Shown: in pieces, positions 19,200-28,205 of the stretch
Numbering within the stretch: the first letter of the stretch is position 1
Layout of the letters: every line of letters begins with the position of its first letter
Assembly: GCA_963809895.1 (NCBI GenBank)
Contig: CAWELD010000003.1
Span: forward strand, 544,001 to 608,000
DNA length: 64,000 nt
Direction of reading: 5' to 3'
DNA from: an uncultured Gemmatimonadales bacterium
Lineage (GTDB): Bacteria; Gemmatimonadota; Gemmatimonadetes; Longimicrobiales; Gaopeijiaceae
The notes under the pieces: model-generated
What the model saw: only the letters and a program-made list of their open reading frames with translations
What the model was told of the DNA's origin: nothing
Databases searched by the model: none
Program-made: the position numbers and the translations under genes

Positions 19200-20473
19200 T
19201 GCGGGCACGGTCGAAGGGTTCGTGGGGCGGGCTGGCGCTGGCGCTGTGCGTCCTGGCGGCCGTGCCGGGCGGCGCGTCGGCCCAGCAGCTCCTCGTGCCC
19301 ATGGACCGGTCGCAGGCCAATCACCTCAAGGCCTACGGGCTCACCTACTGGGTCCTGGAGCGGGGCGAGAAAGCCGAGTGGCTGCTGAACTACCGGGCGG
19401 GCTCGTTTCTGCTGCCCGACGATCCCCAGGTGCGCTCGGAGGCCGCGCTCCGGGGCGTGACGGTGGAACCGGTGGGGGCCGCCGACGTCGCGCAGATCCG
19501 GGGTGTCATCGCCGACGGGAACATGGACGCGGTGCCTCTGGAGAAGGCCCCCAAGATCGCCGTCTACTCGCCGCCCAACGCCACGCCCTGGGACGACGCG
19601 GTCACCATGGCGCTGGAGTACGCGGGCATCCCCTACGAGAAGGTCTGGGACGCCGAGGTCATGGGCGGCGAGCTCAAGGACTACGACTGGCTCCATCTCC
19701 ACCACGAGGACTTCACCGGGCAGTATTCCAAGTTCTACCTGACGTACGCCGGCGCGGCCTGGCTGCAGGAGGAGGTGGCGCGCAACCAGGAGATGGCCCG
19801 GCAGCTCGGCTTTCCCTCCGTGCCGGCGCTGAAGAAGGCCGTGGCGGTGGCGATCCGCGACTACGTGGAGGAGGGGGGATTCCTCTTCGCCATGTGCTCG
19901 GCTCCGGAGACGCTGGAGCTGGCGCTGGCGGCGGGGCCGGTGGACATCGCGGCGGCGTACTCCGACGGCACGCCGCCGGATCCCCAGGCCAACCAGAAGC
20001 TGGACTGGGGCCGGACCATGGCGTTCGAGAACGCGGAGCTGCAGACCTCGCCTTCGGTGAACGCCTTCAGTGACATCGACGGGCACCAGGTCAACACGCC
20101 CTGGCGGAAGGAGCTGGGCTACTACACCCTCTTCGATTTCTCCGCCAAATTCGATCCCGTGCCCGCCATGCTGACCCAGGACCACGAGTCGGTGCTGCCG
20201 GATTTCTACGGACTCACCACCTCCTTCGCCATGGATCGCATCAAGCCGGGCACCATCGTGCTCGCCCGTGAAGGCGACTGGGCCAAGTACGTGCACGGCG
20301 ACCTGGGGAAGGGCACCTTCACCTTCTTCGGCGGGCACGATCCGGAGGATCCGGAGCACCAGATCGGCGATCCCCCGACGGATCTGGCCCTCCATCCCAA
20401 CTCGCCGGGCTACCGACTGATTCTCAACAACGTCCTCTTCCCGGCGGCGAAGAAGAAGAAGCTCAAGACTTGA
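19199..20473 (+). CDS. Exported class I glutamine-amidotransferase-like protein (family often auto-annotated 'asparagine synthetase B')
   Basis: TGATG overlap start; signal peptide; LLVPMD..QANHLKAYG, WLLNYRAGSF, PWDDAV, WLHLHHEDFTGQ, GGFLFAMCSA, GGHDPED, PNSPGYRLILNNVLFPAAKKKKLKT. Confidence 0.75.
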   Translation: MRARSKGSWGGLALALCVLAAVPGGASAQQLLVPMDRSQANHLKAYGLTYWVLERGEKAEWLLNYRAGSFLLPDDPQVRSEAALRGVTVEPVGAADVAQIRGVIADGNMDAVPLEKAPKIAVYSPPNATPWDDAVTMALEYAGIPYEKVWDAEVMGGELKDYDWLHLHHEDFTGQYSKFYLTYAGAAWLQEEVARNQEMARQLGFPSVPALKKAVAVAIRDYVEEGGFLFAMCSAPETLELALAAGPVDIAAAYSDGTPPDPQANQKLDWGRTMAFENAELQTSPSVNAFSDIDGHQVNTPWRKELGYYTLFDFSAKFDPVPAMLTQDHESVLPDFYGLTTSFAMDRIKPGTIVLAREGDWAKYVHGDLGKGTFTFFGGHDPEDPEHQIGDPPTDLALHPNSPGYRLILNNVLFPAAKKKKLKT

Positions 20474-23079
20474 GCGGTCCCACACCGGATCCGTCCGCGG
20501 CCCTGGTGGGCGTGGACGGCCTGGACGAGCCCCCCGTGGCTCCCCCGGGCCCCGCCCCGGGGGCGGAGCCCTTGCGCCTGGCGCCCGAGGCGGCCGAGCG
20601 GATCCGCAGCGAGATCGCGCGGGCCGGGGGCCGGGAGGTCTGCTTCCTGGCGTCCGTGACGCCGGCGCGCGTCGTGGTGGACCCCCGGGCGGTGGCCCGC
20701 GGCAACTACGATGCGGTCCTGGCTGCGGCCCGGGACGAACCCGGGGGTGGGGTCATGATCCACAACCACCCATCCGGGGCCCTGGAGCCGTCGCACGCCG
20801 ACCTGTCCGTGGCCGCCCGGCTCTTCGAGCAGGAGCTGGGCACCGCCATCACCGACAACCAGGCCTCCGCGCTGTACGTCGTGGTGGAGCCACCGGCGCC
20901 CCGGGTCGTCACGCCGTTGGATCCGGAGGAGCTGGGCGCGGTGCTGGCGCCCGGTGGAGCCCTCTCGCGGCGACACCCCGGCTACGAGGACCGACGGGGA
21001 CAGCGCGAGATGCTCCAACGCGTGGTGGAGGCCTACAACGACGGCGGCGTGCTCCTGGTGGAGGCCGGCACCGGAACGGGCAAGTCCCTGGCCTATCTGC
21101 TCCCGGCGGCGCGTTGGGCCGCGCAGAACAACGAGCGCACCATCGTCTCCACCGCCACCATCAACCTGCAGGCTCAGCTGGCCAGCAAGGATCTGCCTCT
21201 GGTGGCCAGCCTGGTGGAGGGAGAGCCGTCGTGGGCCCTGGTGAAGGGGCGCGGCAACTACGTGTCCATCCGCCGGGCCCGCCTGGCCAGCGCCGGCGCG
21301 CCGGATCTCTTCGAGAACGATCGCTCCAAGGAGCTCGAGGCCATCCAGGAGTGGATCGGCACCACCGACGACGGCTCGCTGGCGGATCTTCCCTTCCTGC
21401 CGTCGGACGAGGTGTGGGAGGAGGTGCGGAGCGATCCGGACATCTGCTTGCGGGGCAAGTGTCCTCACTTCCAGGAGTGCTTCTACCAGCGCTCCCGTCG
21501 GCGGGCGGCGTCGGCGCGGCTGGTGGTGGTGAATCACCATCTGCTCTTCACCGACCTCGCCGTGCGCCGCGCCACGCAGAACTGGACCCAGTCGGCGGTG
21601 CTGCCCGCCTACAAGCGCGTGATTCTCGACGAGGCGCACAACGTGGAGGACGCGGCCACGTCGCATCTGGGCGTGGAGGTGACCCGGAGCGGTCTCTTCC
21701 GGGTGCTGTCCCGGCTCGATCGGAGGGGCAAGGGCGTGTTGGCCGCGGTCCAGGAGTCCCTGCCCCGCGACGGCGGGCGCGGACAGGACCTGCGGCGGCG
21801 CATCGAGGAGCGGGTGCGGCCCGCGGTGGACGACGCGCGGGCCACGCTGGAGCTGTTCGTGGACGCTCTGGAGCCCTTCGTCATGGCCCGCACGGAGGTG
21901 GAGGGCGAAGCGCTACGCATCGGCGGCCAGGGGGAGGGAGCGGTCCCCGAGCCCATGGGTCAGGACGCGGTGCGGGAGCGCCTGCGGGGGTTGCAGGCGG
22001 CCTTCCAGGCCCTGGAGCGAGAGGTTGGATCGCTGCGCCGGGCGGTGGAGATGGACGAAGCGCTGGAGGAGAGCCTGGAAGGTCGCCTCCTGGACCTGCG
22101 CAGCGCCGAGCGCCGCCTGAGCGCGGCGCAGGCGGGCCTGCAACTCGTGCTGGAGCCGGGGGACCGGGCGGACGCGTTCGTGCGCTGGCTCGAGCTCCGG
22201 GGGCGGGGGCGGAGTCGGAACCTGGTATTGGCCGCCGCCCCCATCGAGCTGGGACCCCTGTTGCGCGACAACCTGTTCGCGCGGGTGGACACGGCCGTGC
22301 TGTCGTCGGCGACGCTGTCCACGCGCAAGCGCTTCGACTTCATCCGGGACCGTCTGGGGCTGGACGCGCCGGGCCTGGCGACGCTGGAGGATCCGCTGAC
22401 GGTGCGGGAAGAGCTGGTCCCGTCGCCCTTCGACTTCGCCACCCAGACCGTGCTGGCGGTTCCCACGGACCTGCCCGATGCGCGCTCCGGGAGCGACGAG
22501 CTGCAGGAGGCCACGGCGCGCGTGGTGGAGGAGCTGGCGCAGCGCACGGGCGGAGGCCTGTTCGTCCTGTTCACCTCGCACCGGGCACTACGCCGGGTCG
22601 CCGAGTACCTGCGTGGTCGCGGGGCCGAAGCGCATTGGCCGCTCTTCGTGCACGGCGAGGACGAACGGGCCCGGCTTCTGGACGGGTTCATCCGCCACGG
22701 CCACGGGATCCTGTTGGGCACCTCGTCGTTCTGGGAGGGCGTGGACGTTCCCGGCGATCCCCTGCGGGGGTTGGTGATCCAGAAGCTCCCGTTCAAGGTG
22801 CCCACAGAGCCGGTGACCGCAGCCCGGGTCGAGGCCCTCGAGGCCCGCGGCGGGAACGCCTTCTGGGAGTACATGCTCCCGCTGGCGGCGCTGAGGCTGA
22901 AGCAGGGATTCGGCCGGCTGGTGCGCTCGACCACCGACCGTGGCGCCGTGATCCTCCTGGACGATCGCATTCTCAGGAAGCGCTATGGGCGTTATCTGCG
23001 GGACTCGTTGCCCGATGCGCCCTTGATCAAAGGGCCGTGGACCCTCCTCACGCGGGGCCTCGACGACTTCTACGGCTGA
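20470..23079 (+). CDS. dinG: DinG/YoaA family ATP-dependent helicase with N-terminal JAB/MPN (RadC-like) domain
   Basis: IHNHPSG.LEPS..D JAB motif; EAGTGTGKS, VKGRGNY, NHHLL, DEAH, SATL, LFTS, SFWEGVDVPG, KLPF, QGFGRLVR. Confidence 0.88.
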   Translation: MSGPTPDPSAALVGVDGLDEPPVAPPGPAPGAEPLRLAPEAAERIRSEIARAGGREVCFLASVTPARVVVDPRAVARGNYDAVLAAARDEPGGGVMIHNHPSGALEPSHADLSVAARLFEQELGTAITDNQASALYVVVEPPAPRVVTPLDPEELGAVLAPGGALSRRHPGYEDRRGQREMLQRVVEAYNDGGVLLVEAGTGTGKSLAYLLPAARWAAQNNERTIVSTATINLQAQLASKDLPLVASLVEGEPSWALVKGRGNYVSIRRARLASAGAPDLFENDRSKELEAIQEWIGTTDDGSLADLPFLPSDEVWEEVRSDPDICLRGKCPHFQECFYQRSRRRAASARLVVVNHHLLFTDLAVRRATQNWTQSAVLPAYKRVILDEAHNVEDAATSHLGVEVTRSGLFRVLSRLDRRGKGVLAAVQESLPRDGGRGQDLRRRIEERVRPAVDDARATLELFVDALEPFVMARTEVEGEALRIGGQGEGAVPEPMGQDAVRERLRGLQAAFQALEREVGSLRRAVEMDEALEESLEGRLLDLRSAERRLSAAQAGLQLVLEPGDRADAFVRWLELRGRGRSRNLVLAAAPIELGPLLRDNLFARVDTAVLSSATLSTRKRFDFIRDRLGLDAPGLATLEDPLTVREELVPSPFDFATQTVLAVPTDLPDARSGSDELQEATARVVEELAQRTGGGLFVLFTSHRALRRVAEYLRGRGAEAHWPLFVHGEDERARLLDGFIRHGHGILLGTSSFWEGVDVPGDPLRGLVIQKLPFKVPTEPVTAARVEALEARGGNAFWEYMLPLAALRLKQGFGRLVRSTTDRGAVILLDDRILRKRYGRYLRDSLPDAPLIKGPWTLLTRGLDDFYG

Positions 23080-24128
23080 TTCCCGGCCAGCGTCCGCTCC
23101 AGCCACGACAGGGCCCGCGGGCCGTCGGCGTCCACGGCCACCCGGGCCGGTGGCCGGTCCTGGACGACGTGGAGCGCGCCGGCATCGGGTCCGGCCGCCG
23201 TCACTGCGAGAGCCACCGAGCGTGTGTGAACCACGCCCGGATGTACGGCCTCGGCGGTGGCAAGGGGATCCCAGAGCTGGTATTGGCCGGCCTGGATCAT
23301 GGGGGTCTGGGCCTCCAGGACGCCGACGACGAAGGTCAGGGCCGGCGTGGCCGGTCCCGCGGCGGCCAGCCGCGCCACCACGGTGGAGTCCACCGGCACG
23401 CGGCTGGTGGCATCGAGTCCCACCAGGGTCACATCGAAGCCGGCGCCCAGCACGCGGTCTGCGGCACGGGGATCCACCCGGGCGTTCCACTCCGCTTTGC
23501 CGCTGGCGCCGGCATCGTCTGCCGAGGTCACGTTGCCAGGGGCCTCCAGCGACCCGAGCATGGCCACGAGACGCTGGACCCGGCGCGGCATGTCCGGGAG
23601 CGAATCGAGCGCCAGGGCCACATTGGTCAGGGCCCCGAGGGCGAGCAGCGTCACCGGACCGTCCGCATCGCGCACCGCACGGGTCATGAGGCCCACGCCT
23701 TGTGTGTCCATCTCGCCGGGTCGAGGGTCGGGGGGCGCATCGACCCCGAGGAAGCCGGCGGCGTCGTCTCGCCATGGCTTGGGAAAGAGGCGACCGCCGT
23801 CCCACGGCCGCGGGGCACCGCACGCCTTCGGCACCGGGGAGTGCCCGGCCGCGACCTCCAGACGCCTCAGGTGCGAGAGAGCCGTGGCGCAGTCGACGTA
23901 GCCCGGCGCCACCGTGATCGCGCGCACCTCGACGGTGGGTTCCCGCAGGAGAGCCAGCAGCGCGATCCAGTCGTCGGGGCCCAGGTCGGAGTCCACGATG
24001 ACGACGCGAGGTGGCGAGTCCGGGCTCTCGGGGGCATGGTCGCGGGTGCTCGGCTCTCCGCGGCACGCGGCCAGGAACGCGAGCCCCGCCGCGAAGAAGG
24101 CGGCCCGGCGCGCCCGTGTCGTGGTCAC
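23070..24128 (-). CDS. Inosine/uridine-preferring nucleoside hydrolase family lipoprotein
   Basis: GTG start overlapping the upstream stop (GTGA); lipobox LAAC; DSDLGPDD (DxDxxxDD), LGALTNVA, GNVT, AEWNA..DP.AA, WDP. Confidence 0.82.
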   Translation of the reverse strand: MTTTRARRAAFFAAGLAFLAACRGEPSTRDHAPESPDSPPRVVIVDSDLGPDDWIALLALLREPTVEVRAITVAPGYVDCATALSHLRRLEVAAGHSPVPKACGAPRPWDGGRLFPKPWRDDAAGFLGVDAPPDPRPGEMDTQGVGLMTRAVRDADGPVTLLALGALTNVALALDSLPDMPRRVQRLVAMLGSLEAPGNVTSADDAGASGKAEWNARVDPRAADRVLGAGFDVTLVGLDATSRVPVDSTVVARLAAAGPATPALTFVVGVLEAQTPMIQAGQYQLWDPLATAEAVHPGVVHTRSVALAVTAAGPDAGALHVVQDRPPARVAVDADGPRALSWLERTLAGNQP

Positions 24129-25294
24129 GAGCCGTCGGGTGCGCGCCACAGGCGGCCGGTCAGGAGCACGAGGGCCAATCCCAGGGCGGCGAAGAGCAGC
24201 GCCAGCACCGGAATGGCCCGACGGGCTCGGCGGATGCCGCCCACCGGCGCCGGCCCCGGCACCGTGCGCAGTGACCAGACCGACCAACGTGTCACGCCCG
24301 AGTCTCTGCGGAAGCCCAGGATCCGGTCGGGTCGCAGGAAGCCCACGAGCAGGACGTCCGTATCGGTCTGCGCCAGTCTGCGACCCAGCGTATCGAGCAG
24401 CTCCACCCTGGACGCCCAGGCGCGTTCGGGATCCGAGACGGCGTAGGTCGGGCCTCCGGGCGCCGCGGAGGGAACGGGCGTGAGAGCGCGGGCCCAGTCG
24501 GGGCCTGCCCTTCGCACGAGGGTCACGAGATTGCCTTCGTCGTCCGAGGTGATGTCCAACATCTCCGGTGGTGCCGGGTGGTCGGGAGCCGGCGGTGGGG
24601 TCTGCGTTCGGGGTGGGAACCAGTCCGTCTCCACGACCAACGAGTCCACCAGCGTGCCGGAGGCGTCGATACGGTCGATGTGGTAGGCCGTGGGCATGAT
24701 CGCCCAGGCGCCCCCTCGCGGGTCCGTGGTGAGCCGTCGCTGAAGGAGGTAGACGCCCCGCCAGTCCAGGGGCTGTGCCGGCCCCGAGGAGCCCTGCGCG
24801 ACGCCGTCGGGCGAGAGGAGGTGAAAGGGCCTCGCCTCCTGTTCGCCGCTCCCTTCGGCGCGGCCCGAGGTCAGCCAATCGCCCCGCTCCAGGCGAATCG
24901 CGTCCTGCACCTGGAGAGGAAGGGGCGTGCGCCGCACCACCCCACCGTCGATGTCCAGCACCACCAGCGCCGGGCGAGCGGCGTCGAAGGCGAAGATGGA
25001 ATCCCCCGTCACCAGCAGGGAGCCGATGGAGTCCAGCGTCGTCGGTCCTCCCAGCCGTCGGAGGAAGCGCCCACCGGGCGAGAAGACCGCGATCCACCCG
25101 GGCGCGCCCTCGGACACGGCATAGAGCCGTCCCTCGGTGTCCATGGCCCAGGCCCGCGGCGCACCCAGGGCACCGGGTCCGTCCCGGTCCCCGAACGATC
25201 CCGCCTCCTCGAGCTCGAGGTGACACGGCGGGCAGATCGCCTGGGCGCCGGAACCCGGCGCAAGAAGCAGGAACAGGCCGAGGAGTGGAGTCAT
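24125..25294 (-). CDS. Exported 6-bladed beta-propeller-like protein with C-terminal membrane anchor
   Basis: Signal peptide; NHL-like blades (DTEGRLYAV, VFSPGGRFLRRLG, IDASGTLV); C-terminal hydrophobic helix; ATGA overlap with the upstream oxidoreductase. Confidence 0.6.
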   Translation of the reverse strand: MTPLLGLFLLLAPGSGAQAICPPCHLELEEAGSFGDRDGPGALGAPRAWAMDTEGRLYAVSEGAPGWIAVFSPGGRFLRRLGGPTTLDSIGSLLVTGDSIFAFDAARPALVVLDIDGGVVRRTPLPLQVQDAIRLERGDWLTSGRAEGSGEQEARPFHLLSPDGVAQGSSGPAQPLDWRGVYLLQRRLTTDPRGGAWAIMPTAYHIDRIDASGTLVDSLVVETDWFPPRTQTPPPAPDHPAPPEMLDITSDDEGNLVTLVRRAGPDWARALTPVPSAAPGGPTYAVSDPERAWASRVELLDTLGRRLAQTDTDVLLVGFLRPDRILGFRRDSGVTRWSVWSLRTVPGPAPVGGIRRARRAIPVLALLFAALGLALVLLTGRLWRAPDGS

Positions 25295-26604
25295 GGCCGG
25301 CCGAATTTCGTCTCGATCTCCACGCCGCAGTCGCGCAGGAACCGCGTCGGCAGCTCTCCGCCGATGAAGACGAACACCTGGCTCGCCGGAACCTGGATTG
25401 CCTGGCGATCCCGGTCGAGGACCACCTCGCCCGGGCGGATCTCCGTCGGCGTCGTTCCCAGGAGAGCTTCCACGGACCCTCGCGAGATCGCCTCCTCCAC
25501 GCGCTCGTGGTTTCGCGGCTTGATGCGGCTGAACGCCTCACGTCGATACGAGATACGGACCTCGTTGCCCGGCTGTTCCGAGAGTGCCAGCGCGGCTTCC
25601 ACCGCGGAGTCGCCGCCGCCCACCACGAGAATGCGATCGGTGGCGTACGCTTCCGGCTCCCGGAGCGAATACGCCACGTGGGGAGCGTCTTCGCCAGGGA
25701 CACCGAGCTTGCGGGGCACCCCTCGCCGCCCGATGGCCAGCACCACCCTGCGGGACTCGTAGATGCCCCGGTCGGTGATCACCCGGAAGTGGAGATCGCC
25801 GACACGATCCACCGACTGCACCGTCTCGCGTGTGTGAACATCGAGGTCGCCTTGCGTGGCGATGTCCTCCCACAGCTCGATGAGCTCCTCCTTGGAGATC
25901 TCGCGCAACGGCAGCTTGCCGTAGCCCGGGACCTGCACCGGGCGCGTCATCACCAGCTTCTTCCGGGGATAATGGCGCACCGTACCCCCGAGATCCTCCT
26001 TTTCCAGGGTAACGGCGGTCAGTCCCCGATGCCGGGCGGTGAGCGACGCCGAGAGGCCGGCGGGACCGCATCCGACGATCAGCAGGTCGAGCAGGTCGCC
26101 GGCAGTGGTGCCACGCCCCTCTTTCAGAATGCCCTCGATGCACTGCCGGCCCTGCTCGAAGGCGTTGGCCACCAGTCCCATGCCGCCGAGCTCTCCCACG
26201 ACGTAGAGCCCGCGCACGTTGGTCTCGAAGTTCTCCTTGACCCGGGGCAGGTCCACGCCTCGCGTCTCGGTTCCGAACACGAGCTGAATGGCGTCCATGG
26301 GGCAGGAGCGCTCACAGAGGCCGTGGCCGATGCACCGCGCCGGAGCCACGGCCACGCCCTGGCCGGCGCGGAGGCCGAGCACCTCCTCGGGGCAGACGCT
26401 CACGCAGTTCGCGATCCCGATGCAGCGCTCGGGGTCGACCACCGGATGCAACGAGACGGGCTCGTGGAGACCGTATTTCAGAGCCTCCACCTCCGCGTCG
26501 TCGGTCTGGCGCTCCTTGCGGCGCATGCGGATCAGGACCGGGAGCGTCACGAGGGCGGTGAGCGCCGACCCGATGCCCCAGACGATGAGCATGTCCCGGT
26601 CCAT
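25291..26604 (-). CDS. Membrane-anchored ferredoxin - FAD/NAD(P)H oxidoreductase fusion (TrxR/FNR-like)
   Basis: ATG 26604 (TGATG overlap); N-terminal TM; CIGIANCVSVCP and CIGHGLCERSCP; GCGPAG FAD motif; LAIGRRG.P; GGGDSA and YRR NADP-binding motifs. Confidence 0.85.
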   Translation of the reverse strand: MDRDMLIVWGIGSALTALVTLPVLIRMRRKERQTDDAEVEALKYGLHEPVSLHPVVDPERCIGIANCVSVCPEEVLGLRAGQGVAVAPARCIGHGLCERSCPMDAIQLVFGTETRGVDLPRVKENFETNVRGLYVVGELGGMGLVANAFEQGRQCIEGILKEGRGTTAGDLLDLLIVGCGPAGLSASLTARHRGLTAVTLEKEDLGGTVRHYPRKKLVMTRPVQVPGYGKLPLREISKEELIELWEDIATQGDLDVHTRETVQSVDRVGDLHFRVITDRGIYESRRVVLAIGRRGVPRKLGVPGEDAPHVAYSLREPEAYATDRILVVGGGDSAVEAALALSEQPGNEVRISYRREAFSRIKPRNHERVEEAISRGSVEALLGTTPTEIRPGEVVLDRDRQAIQVPASQVFVFIGGELPTRFLRDCGVEIETKFGRP

Positions 26605-28205
26605 CAGAACGTCCTCGACAGCGAGAGGCTCAGGTATTGGCCACGCAGGCCGCCGCCCCATTGGCTCCTCAGCCGAGCGGACAACCGGAGACCCGTCGCC
26701 AACGGTGCGTCGGCGCTGAGCTCGCCCGCGTGCGTCGTGGACACGTAGGTCGGGTAGTCCGCCCGATAGAAGCGGTACCCCAGGCGCATGCGGGCTCTGC
26801 CCAGGCCGAAGAGCAGCGCCGGCGCCGCCGAGATCACGCGTCCATCCTCGTTGCTCCAGAACGAGGCGGAGCCCGCGAATCCCAGGCCCGAGCCCCGCGG
26901 GGGTGCGGACAGCGAAGTCGTGGACCCCCAGGACGTGCGCCCGTCTTCCTGCCGGGAGGCGGACGCGTCGAGTCCCAGGTATGCGCCTCCGAGCCTGAAT
27001 CCGAGCCCGCCGTCCACCCGATCGCGGCGGGGCCCGAACGTCTCGGACAGCGTCCACAGGCGGTACCGCTCGTCGCGCGCCACACCCACCCGCAGATCGA
27101 CCACCGGCGAGAGCCTCACGGTGCTGCGCATGCGTAGCTCCGACACCTTCCAGCTTCCGTCGTCGGGATCCCGGTCCACCTGGAGATCCTGGCTGAGTCG
27201 GAAGGGTCCCGCGGCGATCCGCTGACTCAATCCGAGAAAGGTGTGCCCGTTCAGGTCGGTGGTCGGCCGCACCGTGTGCGCGGACAGGTCGGCCCGCCAG
27301 CGCCAGTCCCGGCCGCGCCGCTCCGTGTCGACGAAGACCGACGCCTTGGGGAGCTCTCCACTCGGCGTCTCGTTCCAGCGGTCCGGCTGAAAGCCCACCA
27401 GAAACCCGACGCCGAGGGATTCCGGTCCGTAGCGAACCATGAGCCCGTCCCAGAAGCCGCTGTAGGATTCGGCGGGGCTGTAGAAGCGTCCCAGCGTCAG
27501 GCGGAGTGGGAGGCTGGTGAAGCGGCGATCCAGCGCGGCCTCGTAGACTCGTACCGACGTCGGGCGGAGGAGCGAGGCGTCCTGGGCCGCATAGCGATAC
27601 GCCACGCGGGCGCTGGTGCGCAGCTCGAATCCCCCGACGGCGTCCGGCACGGTGACGTCGAAGCGCAGCGCGGGTGTGGCGAAGGTGCGATCCACGCTCT
27701 CGGGATCGGTCCTGCCCACCTGGGTCGTGGAGTGGCTGGCAGCGAGATCCAGACTCCAGCGACCGTGCGCGGGGCTCGATGCCACGGGCGAGGACCGCTC
27801 CGCGGGTTCGGGGGATTCGGCTGCAGGCGTCGTCGGCCTCGTGTCGACCTTCGGTGCGACCCGTGCCGCCCGCACCATGTGCAGGACGATCGCGCTTCCC
27901 CGGAGCACGTCCAGAGGGGGGCCCACGAAGCTCAGCACGGCACGGGTCGGCGTGCTCGCGGTGACCACCACCACGCCGGACGTGGCCGCGTCGTCCGCCA
28001 GCTCCACGGCGAGGGTGTCTCCGGTGGCCAGACCCTGATCCGTGCCGATGTCGAGGTATAGCGTGTTTCCCGCCACCTGCCGGACGGCGACGGTGAGGGG
28101 TGCCGGCGGCGCGTCCTGCGCCTCGAGGGGCGAGCGCGCCGCGAGCGCGACCGCCACGGCGCACGTCAGCGCCGAAAGGCGTGGGAACACCCCCATGCGC
28201 GCCAT
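26604..28205 (-). CDS. Putative outer-membrane beta-barrel (porin partner of the multiheme cytochromes)
   Basis: Signal peptide, small N-terminal beta domain, Pro-rich linker, then ~380 aa of alternating amphipathic strands ending YLSLSLSRTF (terminal Phe, BAM-type signal); TGATG overlaps on both sides. Confidence 0.7.
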   Translation of the reverse strand: MARMGVFPRLSALTCAVAVALAARSPLEAQDAPPAPLTVAVRQVAGNTLYLDIGTDQGLATGDTLAVELADDAATSGVVVVTASTPTRAVLSFVGPPLDVLRGSAIVLHMVRAARVAPKVDTRPTTPAAESPEPAERSSPVASSPAHGRWSLDLAASHSTTQVGRTDPESVDRTFATPALRFDVTVPDAVGGFELRTSARVAYRYAAQDASLLRPTSVRVYEAALDRRFTSLPLRLTLGRFYSPAESYSGFWDGLMVRYGPESLGVGFLVGFQPDRWNETPSGELPKASVFVDTERRGRDWRWRADLSAHTVRPTTDLNGHTFLGLSQRIAAGPFRLSQDLQVDRDPDDGSWKVSELRMRSTVRLSPVVDLRVGVARDERYRLWTLSETFGPRRDRVDGGLGFRLGGAYLGLDASASRQEDGRTSWGSTTSLSAPPRGSGLGFAGSASFWSNEDGRVISAAPALLFGLGRARMRLGYRFYRADYPTYVSTTHAGELSADAPLATGLRLSARLRSQWGGGLRGQYLSLSLSRTF

